This document shows, piece after piece, positions 39,017 through 50,439 of a stretch of DNA of 64,000 nucleotides. Both the position numbers and the translations under genes were made by a program. Within the stretch, counting starts at the first letter, position 1. Each line of letters begins with the position of its first letter. Origin of the DNA: Camelus ferus (taxonomy: Eukaryota); contig NC_045696.1 in assembly GCF_009834535.1 (NCBI RefSeq), forward strand, positions 34,040,001-34,104,000, read 5' to 3'. The notes under the pieces are model-generated. The model had not been told where the DNA came from and searched no databases. It saw nothing but the letters and a program-made list of their open reading frames with translations.

Positions 39017-39292
39017 AGTCAGTCCTCCATATCCATGAGTTCTGCATCCACAAATTCAACCAATAATTAAAAAGTTCCAAAAGGCAAAACTTGAATGTGC
39101 AGCTATTTATATAGCATTTACAGCATATTAAGTATTATAAGTAAACTAGAGATGATTTAAAATATACTGAGGATATGGGTAGGTTATATGCAAATACTGT
39201 GCCATTTTATATAAGGTACTTGAGCATCCTCAGATTTTGGTATCCACGGGGGTCCTGGAACCAATCCCCTGCAGATACCAAGGGATGACTGT
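39017..39292 (-). mobile_element. MER2 element, followed by a small Tigger2-like terminus (~39305-39390)
   Basis: cttgagcatcctcagattttggtatccacgggggtcctggaaccaatcccctgcagataccaagggatgactg|ta. Confidence 0.8.
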
Positions 39293-39389
39293 ACATAACT
39301 ATATAGTTGAGCCTTGAACAACAAGGGTTTGAACAAGTCCACTTATTTTTTTTCAATAGTAAATATTACCAATCTACACAACCCTTGGA

Positions 39390-40030
39390 TTTCGGATATT
39401 TTTGAAAGTATAGCCAATAGGATTTTCTAAGAGATTCTATGTGGTTGAGAAAAAGAGTGGAATCAAAAGTGGCTCCATAGTTTCATCCAAGCACCTGAAC
39501 ATTTGGAGTTACCATCTATTGAAACGCAAGTGGAAACAAATCTTGGAATAAGTCTAGGAGTTTTAACATTTGAATTTGAGGCATTCGTTAGCCTTCCAAG
39601 CAAAAATATCAAGTAGGCATTTGGATATACAAGCCTAAAGTTTGGGTGAAAAGTCTGAATTGAAGGTGTATATTTGGGAATCATTGGAAAATGTTGGTAG
39701 TTAAAGTCTTGGGGCTTGATGTGATAATTAAAAGAGTGAGTGTAGGTAGAAAGAAGGGCTGAGCCTTGGAATCCTCAAAAATTAAGGGACAGAGCAAAGT
39801 GGAGCTACCAGTAGAGGAGAATGAGAACCAACAGCCAGTGGGGCAGGAGGATCATTATCTATTTCATCTGGATTATTTTAACAGCATTCTTTACCCCCCC
39901 CCCCACCTTCACACCCTCTCCCTTCCAATCCATGCTCCCCAAAGTAGCAAGAGTGTTTCTTTGTAAATCACCCTATAACACTTCCTTGCTTTCAATCCTT
40001 CGGTGGCTTTTTTCTGTCCTTACAGCATTG
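39390..40030. mobile_element. L2 fragments
   Basis: ttggatatacaagcctaaagtttggg...tatttgggaatcattgg; antisense piece catctggattattttaacagc. Confidence 0.6.
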
Positions 40031-42599
40031 GTCTTGTATCATCAAAGTATTTAATGGCATTGAGAGTCAGTAAACTTTAGCCTGAATGGTTTCCTTTGGC
40101 TCTCCTGATTCTGACCTTCCATGCTCCTGACATTGAATGAAACTAAGACTTTCTGCTTCCTTGTCCTTGCACATGACATGATTCGCTTTGGATTCGGATC
40201 TCCGTATTCTGAACACCAGCATTGTAACTAACAGTTCTTTAAATGTAGCTCAACAGAAAAGAACTGGTTCCCTCTGAGTGAGAGACTTGATTCTTACTGG
40301 TACACTTCCAGGTGCTAGTCATTCTTCTGTGATGTGTGAAGAAGACCCCTTCAAAATAGGCCTAATACCTATCTATAGAATAGCATTGAAAATTGATTGT
40401 ATATCTACTGATTTATTTAGTCCAGAAAATCATCAGCTAGTTTTACAAATCAAGTTATCTATAAGTTGGTAGATTACTAGATTACACCTTTTATTTGAAT
40501 AGTGCTTTACAATTTAAAGATTATTTCCTCACGGCGTTATTTATTGCCTTGTCAGTTAGATAAATAGCTCTGCTGTGGACAACACAGTCAACATGAAAGG
40601 AACATGTGTGCTTCTTCCTTCCTAGGGGGTTATGTTTACTACTTTACTACTCTTCCCTCTTTTTATATCGTCTCATTTGCAGTTGGAAAAATGTCAAAAC
40701 AATATTTTATTGAATCCCAGATATATGGTTTGTATGGAATTCTCAGAAACTTAATGTGAGATACAAGTTTAATTCTTTATATAAGACTCCTTTGTTTGAG
40801 CTGAATGTGCTCACAGATGGTAACATGACCAGAAATGCCACTTTCAACAACAAAAATATACAATCTTACTGACGATAGTGCCCTTAAAAATGATGAAGGA
40901 CTTAGCAGACAGCAGTCACTTAATGAAAATTGTGGAATGACTGCTCTGTGAAATGCTGCAGCAGCCAAAGGAAAAATACCTCTTCATATTTTGCTTATAG
41001 CTTTTTCCTTTTCTTTCAAAACTGTCTTTGTTTTCCTTTCCTAATAGTAGTGGGGTCCCTTACACAGCTATTGTTTTTGTTTTCTTCCTGAAAATTGTTG
41101 TGTATCGTCAAGAAGCTTGGGGGTACAGGACCATTTTATCGTGGCCCTTCAGCAAGTCTGATTTCAATATTATATGGTATTTCCTCCCTCAGTGTTCTCT
41201 CGGGCAATTATTGAAAAATCCATTTTCAATTTGCTTCATGTCTTTTTTATACTTTCATTTGCTGTCATGGATTATTCACTTTACAAAAGTGCCTTCCTTT
41301 TATGAGGACACGCAGCGAGCGTTGCCTAAGTCTGTGCTTTCCCATTTTGTTTGGAGCACTCTGCTGGAATTTCAGTAGACTAATATGTCTAAATTAAAAA
41401 AAAGAAAAAAGCATATCACATTTCACTGCACTCCTGATCTGGTAAACAATCAGATACTCTCTTATCTCACTTTGACAATAAGAGCGAAGAAATGGATCTT
41501 TTCTGTGCTCTGGTATCTCCAGGTTATCTGTGACTGTACACTTGATGGGCCAGCAATAGTTACGGAGCATTAGCTGCTCCATTTAGGAATAGCTCATGTT
41601 TACAGATTCATTTAGTGACTAAATTGAGCCCATTTTTTTTTTTATTGGTTTAAAGGTAAACTATTTCTCTTAGCAATGAAATGCCTTCTTAGGATGCTCC
41701 CTGTTTTCAAGGGGAACCATTTATGTGTATCAGATTCTTTTTCATTTTTTTATGTTTTTAATGCTATTTTAAAATATAATGTTCAATTAAGTGTTATATT
41801 AGAAGTCACATCATCACTATTCTAGTACACATCTAGCTCTTCAAATATTTCTTTGAATGGTTCTGTCACCTTTCCCTATACACTGAAAATACAAAACTAA
41901 ATCTGCTACATCCAGAATCAACTGCTTTTTATGTATGTACGTATGACATATACATGTATATATGTATTTTTGCTTCAGATGTAGATTTCTGAGTCTTCAT
42001 TGGCTAATGCTTTCTATAGATTCAATAATCAGCCAACTGTCCAAATTCATTCAGGCTTTCTGAGACCTATTTCTTTTTTCCAAACCCAAATCTAGTCCTT
42101 ACATTCATGACTTTATACCTAAATGCCTACCGTTCATTCTTATTTCACAATGATGCCCAATTACATTTACTAAACAACTTCTCTAATCAGAAATAGTCAT
42201 GGGCCACAAACAGCTAGAGAATGAACGTCATCTAGTCAAGGAAATCTCCTAGATACCCTCCAACTTCACGTTCCACTCTTTCACAGTAAAAATCCACAAC
42301 ACTTAACCACCTTGACTCTTCACTGCATTTCCATGTTTTCCTTTCCATATTTATATCCTTGGTATTTAATCTTTTCTCCACCTTTTTTGAAATTTTGTAA
42401 TATTTATTTTAAAATAAAAAACTCTTATCAGGTAATACACTTAAAAAGTAATAATGTTGCTAGAGAGTGTATAATGTGAAAATAGCAACATCTTGCACTT
42501 TCCTACTTCACCCAAAATACTGCTTACCTGCATGACCCATCCTCAACTTAGATGGCTACTTTCCCTTTTATTTGTAAACATTTTTGTAAATATTTATAT

Positions 42600-44900
42600 T
42601 GATACACTTGGGCAAAAGTATTTTAGGTATTGTCTTTTGATTTTTCATCTTGGAAGGTGATAAATTAGCTCTCCTCTCTTCCCTAACATAATTTTCCCAC
42701 TCCTGAGTTGGGAATAAATTCTGTTTATGTCTCCTTTTTGTGCTTTTATGATTTTTCCCTAGAGTTAATGATTGCTTCATTTTTCATTTGACATTTTTTA
42801 TGTACCCAAGTCTCACCAAGTTCTGCCATCTGCCTATCCAAAGTATTTGTTATGTGTTCCACATTCCCAATTCTATTCCTCTTCATGGAATCACCATTCT
42901 TAGGGTCTTCTTTTCTTCAGTTCCAATTTGAGTGGTGATTTTTTAGGCCTGCTCAACTGCCATCATCTGAATACTCTCTTTACCCTTGGGATAAATTCTT
43001 TTCTTGACCAAGCCCAAATTTTATTTCCTCATTTTATGGTACACATTGTCCAATAAATTCTTAATAAAGGGAACATTAAAAAAAAAACATGCTTGAGTCA
43101 TCACATGTCTAGAATTTGCTATACTCTATCTTCATACTTGATTGACAGGTATAGAATTCTAAGTTGAAAATAACTTTACTCAGAATTTTGAAATAATTTC
43201 TCTATTATTGTATTCTTGCTTTCAATTTGGCTGGTGAGACATTTATTGCTGTTTGGACTATTGAGCTCATGTAGGTGAACTTTTTTTCTCTCTAGAAGAT
43301 TTAAGAGTTATTTTTTAATCTTGCATTCTAAATTAGTCCATGATTTTCTTTGGCTTATGTCTATTCCACCCCCGCGCCCCCCATTTATGGCTCTAGACAT
43401 CATTTAGCTCACTAAATATAGAGTCTTGTATCATTTAGTTCCAGGCAATATTCTTTTACTTTTATTTATGATCATTTCTTCGCTATGTTCTCTGTCCTCA
43501 TTTTCCTTTACATTGTCCTTTATCCTGCACTTAGTAAGCCGCTAGACCTTCTGAATTAATCACTTAAATGTACCATTTTTATTTCTTGTTTTTTAAATCA
43601 TGTTTTTTTCTCTTTTTAGGATATGTATTTTAGTTCATTTTCAAACAGTAATGATGAAATATTTTTATCTATACTCTTAAATGTCCAAGAGTTCTTTTTT
43701 ATCATCTCATTGTTATCTGCTCACTCTATATTTATAGCTTGTTTGTTTCAATGATACAATATCTCACTTTATCTCTTGGCATTCTGTATTGTTTCCTCTG
43801 TCTCTATTTGTCTTTGATCTCTCATTCATGTTTGAAGTTTTTAAAAGAATTGTTTCATGATCTTTGAATATCCAGTCATAGTTACCAATTTAACAAATAC
43901 TTACTGAGCACTTACTATGTGTCAAGCAACTCTATTCTAGACAATATTGATTAAATAAAAGACAAACCAAAGCGATGCTCTTGCATACAAGTGTTACAAA
44001 ACTGATTAGGGATTGTGACTTCCAGTAATCGTGGACTGTTATTGGACTAACCCATCCATAAATAACAATATTGAACTCTGAAAATAATATAAAGAACTGA
44101 ATACGCTGGAGAGCAACCAAAATCAGGCAGAAACAGGAAAGAATCTGACCTTAGAAACAAGGGAAACACTATGGGAGAGATTTTTACCTAAGTATTGTCA
44201 CCAGCACCACCTGATAAACTTTAAGCAGAAAGCTAAACTTTTACTGACCTGATTATACAGAGTGTAAGGTTCAGAGATGCCAGAGTGACTAAAAATTGAA
44301 GAACAAAATTCTAGGGGACAAAGAGAGAGAGAAAGGAGAGGAGTCCTGAAATCTGTGTATAAAATCTTCTCAAATTCTTTGCTAACCCCAAAACTTTTTT
44401 ATTTTTGCAGAAAAGACTCCAAGGAGCCCAGTAAGAAGCTATAGTTGTAAGGTGAACAGTAATTAGAAGAGATTTTAGCTACTTCCAATGATAGGGGTGA
44501 CAGAGTTTTGAGTTCAAGTCCTGCCAATTTAGAGAGACCTAGTAAATACTTCATTTTCCTCTGACACCCTAGAAGGGATACAGTTTAAAATTATTTCTCA
44601 AGATTAAAGAATTTAACCCCAAACTAAGGGCAAAACCAAAATCCCTTGCAGAAAACAAAATCACATCTTCATAAGTTCAAGGTAGCCCACCAGTTATTTC
44701 ACAGCTTAATGAACAAAATTCAACATTTTCCAGAGGAAAATGTCAGAATCCAGAATGTTTACAACCTATCAACAATGTTCGGTATACAATAAAAAATTAC
44801 TATACATGAAAATAAGCAAAAAGTATGACCTATAGTTAAAGGAAAATGTCAGTAAATAAAAAAAAAAAATACACACACACAAACTAGATTTGGGGATTTG
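42600..44900. mobile_element. Degraded ancient L1M 5'/ORF1-region fragments (- then +) with an L2 3' end between them
   Basis: ggtatagaattctaagttgaaaata and ttcggtatacaataaaaaattacta; L2 tail aacaaatacttactgagcacttactatgtgtcaagc. Confidence 0.5.
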
Positions 44901-44922
44901 CATACAAGGGCTATAAAGTAAT

Positions 44923-47090
44923 ATGTCTGCCTAGGTCCTCTAATAAGCAGAACCTGAGATAAGCTTAGATGTGCAAGGAATTTACTTAGGGAAATCCCTT
45001 TTTTAAAAAAATGGGAGAGGATTGGGAAAGGCTGAGAGAGCCAGACTGTGATGCAGGTTTGACCCTACGTGAAGGAGAGAGAGAAGGAAAGAAGACTGGA
45101 AGTCAAATTTTAGACTGAGGTGAAGTTCTAGGGAAGACAGTTGGGGAATCCTCAGGCCAAAGAGCCCTGGGAATGTCAGGAAAGGTCTCCCTTAGATTCC
45201 CTGTCGTGCTCAGTCATTGGCTGGAAGCTGCTCATGGGACCTGTATCACATTCTCCACCATTAGAGATCTGGGTAGCATATTCTCATGCTTGCCTCAGTC
45301 TATCCTACTGCTTCAGATTTACTTCTCCACAGGGGTTTGAGGAGTAGCTCCTCTGTGGTTCCAACACACCATTTTTCTTGAGGAGAAACTTAGAAGGAGT
45401 TAGTATGACAAACTACAGTCTCTGTCATTGCAGTTGATTTTATTCTTGTAACTGGTATTCTTCCTCTCTGCCTTTCCGCTAACATTCTAAATTCCTCCCA
45501 TACTCAGCTGTCACCTTGGCAGGTCTACTGAGCTTAACTGTCATGTGACCCAAACCTTCAGTCCTAAGGTGTCTAAACCATTAGAAACCATCTTCTTCTC
45601 AGTCTGAGGTTGCTATATGTGTTGGACAAAGTTTCAGTTGGACAAAGAAGTATCAAAACGGACACAAATGAGTCACCTGTGTTGCACACTTATTCTTTTC
45701 TGTCTTTGTATAAAACCAGCCTCACCTTTGCCTACCAATCAGGTTCATTTACCACTGACATTGTAGTGACTTTTCTTCTTACCTGCTGGTCCCTGTGTAC
45801 AAGAAATCCAAAGTACCCTATTGGCAGTCAAACTTGTAGTTCAATAGGATCCTTGCTATGTTCCTTGGCAAGAGTACACTCCCTTTGGAGATAAAACCTC
45901 TAATCTTGCAGAGCCCAGAGTAATCAGGATGAGAAGCACAAATTCCCCAGTGAAGCATGGGAGTCGCAGTGAGAAAGGCTACTCTTGTTCTTTCTTATCT
46001 AATGGTTATAATATACCTGAAATTCTGTACTATTCTACTCAGGACATACAGTCATACCCAGGTATATGATCTAATGCATTTTGAAGGATGACATCTCATC
46101 TTTTCCTATTGTTATTTAACTGATGCTTTTGCTATAACATTAGTAGACTTTTCCAGCATTCTACAAGGCCCAGATGATGTTGTACATGTTATAATCAGTG
46201 GATCTCATGGTCATGGGTCCACTTCTGTACCTCTTTAATTTTGAAGTGTGTCCCATGGTCACATGTTATGCTGTGTAAATATTGATAAGCTCCTGCAGAG
46301 AAGTTCTGTGGGCAGGAGAGGACAACACATACTTGGAATAGGTATCTATCCCTTTGAGGATAAACTGCCTGTCCTTCCAGGACAGAAGGAGCTTGATGTA
46401 TTTGAATTGCCACCAAGTGGCCAGTTAGTGTCCTTGAGGAACTGTGTCATAAGTGAGGAGAAATATTGGTCTTGGTTGCTGACATGTTGGACTTTCATAC
46501 ACAGAAGTAATTAAAGTGAGAGGCCACGGTGTAGTACTCATAATAGTCTCTCTGTGTCTGCTGCCATGGCACCACATTCACGTGCCCATCGTGCCAGTTT
46601 CGGTCAGTGATAAAGGCTGGCTCCCATTCACTGATTTAAATCATTGTTTTGTGCTTCTTCAGCAGTGGATGCTTTCTGGTGGACAGTAACATGTGACATA
46701 AAAATCTTCACTTTTCACAACCACCTGATATGTCCATGTGAATGGCTCTGTATCTTCTTTATTCCAATCTTCTAGTTCTTTTCCTGTAAAGGCCCTAACC
46801 AGGTACCTGTGTATATTCTCATTGCCCCACTTCTCCTTCAACTGAAACAATAACTAGGTGTATATTTGCAGCTCCACTCATTAGGAAGATGTTTTTCCTC
46901 TCCACTGTCTTTCACAGATGCTTTTGAATGTGGCTATGATGCAACCTCTGTCTACCTTAGCTATGGAACCATGTAAAATCCAGGCCACCTATAAATCAAG
47001 TTTGGTATTTTTCTTCTCTTTAGCTGATCTTATGAAGACTTTCCCCTATTACCAGAAATAAAGAGGGTCTTTTCATACTGATAAAAGTGG
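44923..47090 (-). mobile_element. ERVL provirus remnant: LTR16-like LTR (~44923-45290) plus pol/integrase internal sequence
   Basis: ORF 46195-46416 SITCDHGTHFKIKEVQKWTHDHEIH resembles ERVL integrase (SDQGTHFTAKEVQQWAHDHGIHW); many stops and frameshifts. Confidence 0.8.
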
Positions 47091-47094
47091 CACA

Positions 47095-47520
47095 GAATAG
47101 TAATTATTATCAACAGTACTGTACTATATACTTCAAACACTTTAAGAAACTGCATTCTAAATGTTCTCATCACAAAAAAGAAATGATGATTATGTGAGAT
47201 TATAGAGGTGTTAAAACTATGGTGGTAATCCTGTTGCAATATGTAAATATATCAAACCAACATGTTGTACATCTGAAACCTATACAATATTATATGGAAA
47301 TTATAATTCAATTAAAAAGTAACTATCCATGATGATATTAGAATCCTAAATGTACATGTACCTGATAACAGGTAAATACGCAAATATAGTTGAAGATTTT
47401 AACACCTCTCTTTCAGTAACTGTTAGAACAGCCAGTAAGGATATATCAGTAAGGCTATGGAAGATTAGTACAACCTATCAGCCAATTTAATCTAACCAAC
47501 ATTTATAGTCCATGACACCA
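47095..47520 (+). mobile_element. L1 3' end (~47095-47320) plus old L1 ORF2 endonuclease fragment
   Basis: aaatgttctcatcacaaaaaagaaatg...catgttgtacatctgaaacc; gttgaagattttaacacctctctttcagtaactg. Confidence 0.7.
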
Positions 47521-47524
47521 AACC

Positions 47525-48350
47525 AGTCAATTATTTGAATCTCTTGGGGCCAGATGCATTTTGGAATCCAGAATTATTTGCATTTTTAGAAAGGCTACAC
47601 ATAATATTCAGGTCCACTATCCCTTACCCATAACTATCCAAAAAACTCTGAAAACTAAAATTTTGGTAATCTGGGAGCCAAAGCTATTCTGGTAGCAGAA
47701 TCTGACTTGACATGAGACATGAATTGTGCCTTAACTTCCTCTCAGCAGTAGGAAATGCTGCAGTTCACTGATGTTTTATTTTATGGTTTTGTTAATTAGT
47801 GACACCATGAAAAGTTTGAAATAGCAAAACATGTTGCCTTTGTAGGCAACAGAGAAATAGAAAAAGAGGCATTTACCGAAATTTAGAGGGCAGAAAGTGA
47901 GGATGTTACAGAAATTTCAAAACAAGCATGCAGTTGAAGACGTTAAAGTATTTCCTGATACTATTAAAAAGACTACATTAAATCTTATTAGTTCACCAAA
48001 TATGCATCAGTGAAAGTACAATTAAGCTAGAGAAAGCTCAGCACTGGAGAAATGCTAAACATTAACAATGATATGCCTGTTGTGCACCCCTTCAAGGGAA
48101 AATTATGGGATGGAAATATTGCTGAAATAGTCTTAAATATAGTGAAGCAGGAGGATAATTGAGAGGATGATGCTGACTTTGTGAAAAAAACTTTCTCTGG
48201 ATGATATGGTAAAATTGTATGATCAGTTAATTGCTGGCCTTGAGCAAAACACAAGAGGTCAGAGCAGTGGAATCAATTAAAGAAAAGCTGCTTGGAAAGA
48301 TACCCATGTTAATAGCCCAGATGACATTGAAAGAAGGCTTTAAAAAGCTA
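47525..48350 (+). mobile_element. Old Tigger-like DNA transposon with degraded transposase C-terminus
   Basis: caggtccactatcccttac and ttggggccagatgc termini; residual coding-like NINNDMPVVH and DDMVKLYDQLIAGLEQ. Confidence 0.55.
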
Positions 48351-48354
48351 TGGT

Positions 48355-48672
48355 CCTTGAAAATATGCTGTGAAAGAAGCCAATCATAAAAGATCACATA
48401 CTATATTATTCCATTCATATGAAAGTCAAGAATAGGGAAATCTACAGAGACAGAAAGTAGACACACAGTTGCCTAGGGCTAAGGTGAGACGGGGGTGTAG
48501 GGGTGATAGCTAAAGTGTTCAAAGTTTCTTTCTGACATGATGGAAATGTTCTAAAATTGGCTGTGATGATGGCTGCACATATCCGTGAATATATAAAAAA
48601 ATGAGCATTGAGTTATACATTTTAAATGAGTGAATTGTACAGTATGTGAGTAACTCAAAAAAGCTGTAAGAA
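48355..48672 (+). mobile_element. L1MB-like 3' end
   Basis: gtgaaagaagccaatcataaaagatcacatactatattattccattcatatgaa...aaatgttctaaaattggctgtgatgatggctgcaca. Confidence 0.8.
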
Positions 48673-49129
48673 AAAAGGCTAAGTCAGGGTTCATCACCAA
48701 GCATCTACATAACTTTTAAAAAGTCTGTATTATTTACTTACTATGCCAGCCAGGGTAAACGTGCTAATATAAGATTTTTTAAAAATATCTTGTCTAGAAG
48801 TAATTATGAGCATATCACCTGCATTCTAGTAACATATACTGATACAAATATATCAAGAGGATGAATTGTAATTTTTACTTTTATACTTTTTTTATAAAGC
48901 TAAGTTACCATTTGGAATCCTTATATCATCTCCTCCACCGTCATATAATCAAATATATTTTTGTTATAAATTGTAGGCTTGCATTGAAATTCTTTCATCA
49001 ATAGTGAATTTCAGCCTTGAGTTATATATGCCACAACTTCACTGATTCAGATTGTTTGGAAAGTTATCAATTTATGCAACAAATTTTATTGATTAGCTTT
49101 ATATTAGCCTAGTGGTGAGAATTCACTGG

Positions 49130-50095
49130 TGATCCAAAGCAAGCAAGGTTTCCCTAGCTATAGAGCACTTGGAGTCTACTAGTGAAGCCAACCAATATTC
49201 AGATATTCACATCAATAAACGTACAGTTGTTATTTTGAAAAAATCCTATGGAAGAGATAAATATGGTACCATAAAGCCCCATAACAGGAGGATTTCATCT
49301 GGTCTGGGAATTTAGAGGTGGCTTTTCTAAACAAGCAACACCAGAATGAGATTTATTCAGTGATGAGAACTTAAATGGATAATGAGGGGATGTCTAATTT
49401 CCAAGTAGGAAAACCAGCATATGCTAAGGATCTGTGTCTGGAGGAAGTTTGTCAAATGTTTAAGGGACATGATGGCCTGTTTAGTTGGAATACTGTCATA
49501 AGAGGAAGTAGGATGAGATGTCAGGTGGGGCCAAACTCTCCAGAGACTTGCAAACCATGACAAGGAGTTTTGCCTCTATTCTTAGCACTTTGAGGTTGGA
49601 GTCCCCCAACCTCCAAATATGAGATGCCATTAAATTAGGTTCTAACATATTCAGATTTTTGAGAAGTTTACTTTGAATACAGTGTGGGGAAGAGGCGAAG
49701 AGAGGAGTAAATGCAGGAATGCCAATGTAGCAGAAGAGAAACGATGGTAGCTTGGACTGAATGGCGGTGGGGCTGGGAGATGGAGAGACATGGAAGGATT
49801 TGGAAGGTAGTCTGCAGGGAACATCCACCACTTTGAGATTGGTAGAATACATGTGTTGAGATACAAAAAGTGTCAGAAGTGGCTTCTAGAATTCCTATTT
49901 ATGGATGGGATGCAAAGAAAGTGGTTCCATAAATTGATAGAGAAAAATGGAGGAAAGCAAAGTTGCAAGTAGAGGAGGAGCATGAATGAGATCTTGAACA
50001 TGAGGCCTTTGAGACAACCCAATGCACATAGCAAATAGGTAATAGATACAAATTTGGATTTCAGAGGCAGAATCTGGTTTGGAAATACAAATTTA
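49130..50095 (+). mobile_element. L2 LINE
   Basis: aaggagttttgcctctattct, ggtagcttggactgaatggcggtggggctgggagatggagag and tggatttcagaggcagaatctgg. Confidence 0.7.
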
Positions 50096-50439
50096 TTTAT
50101 GAGTAGAAATTATTTACTTAGGTTTATGTATTTTTTAGATAAGTGTTGAACAAAGCAAAGGATATTTATTTACTAACACACGTGAGAAAAAAACTAGGTT
50201 CCATGCTTCATTCAATTCCTGTAAGTCTTCAAGTTAGATATTATAACCTCTATTATACTGATGAAGACATCGAGTCTCAGAGAATTTAATTTACCAAAAA
50301 GTGTACAGAAATAACAGTTAGGATTAGAAGCAAGTCTTATTCTAGATATTTTTCTTTCAATTAAGACCTCTTCATGTTAATATATTGACTTAAGCATTAC
50401 CAATAACTTAAACTTTAGGGGATCTGCTTTAAGAAATAT

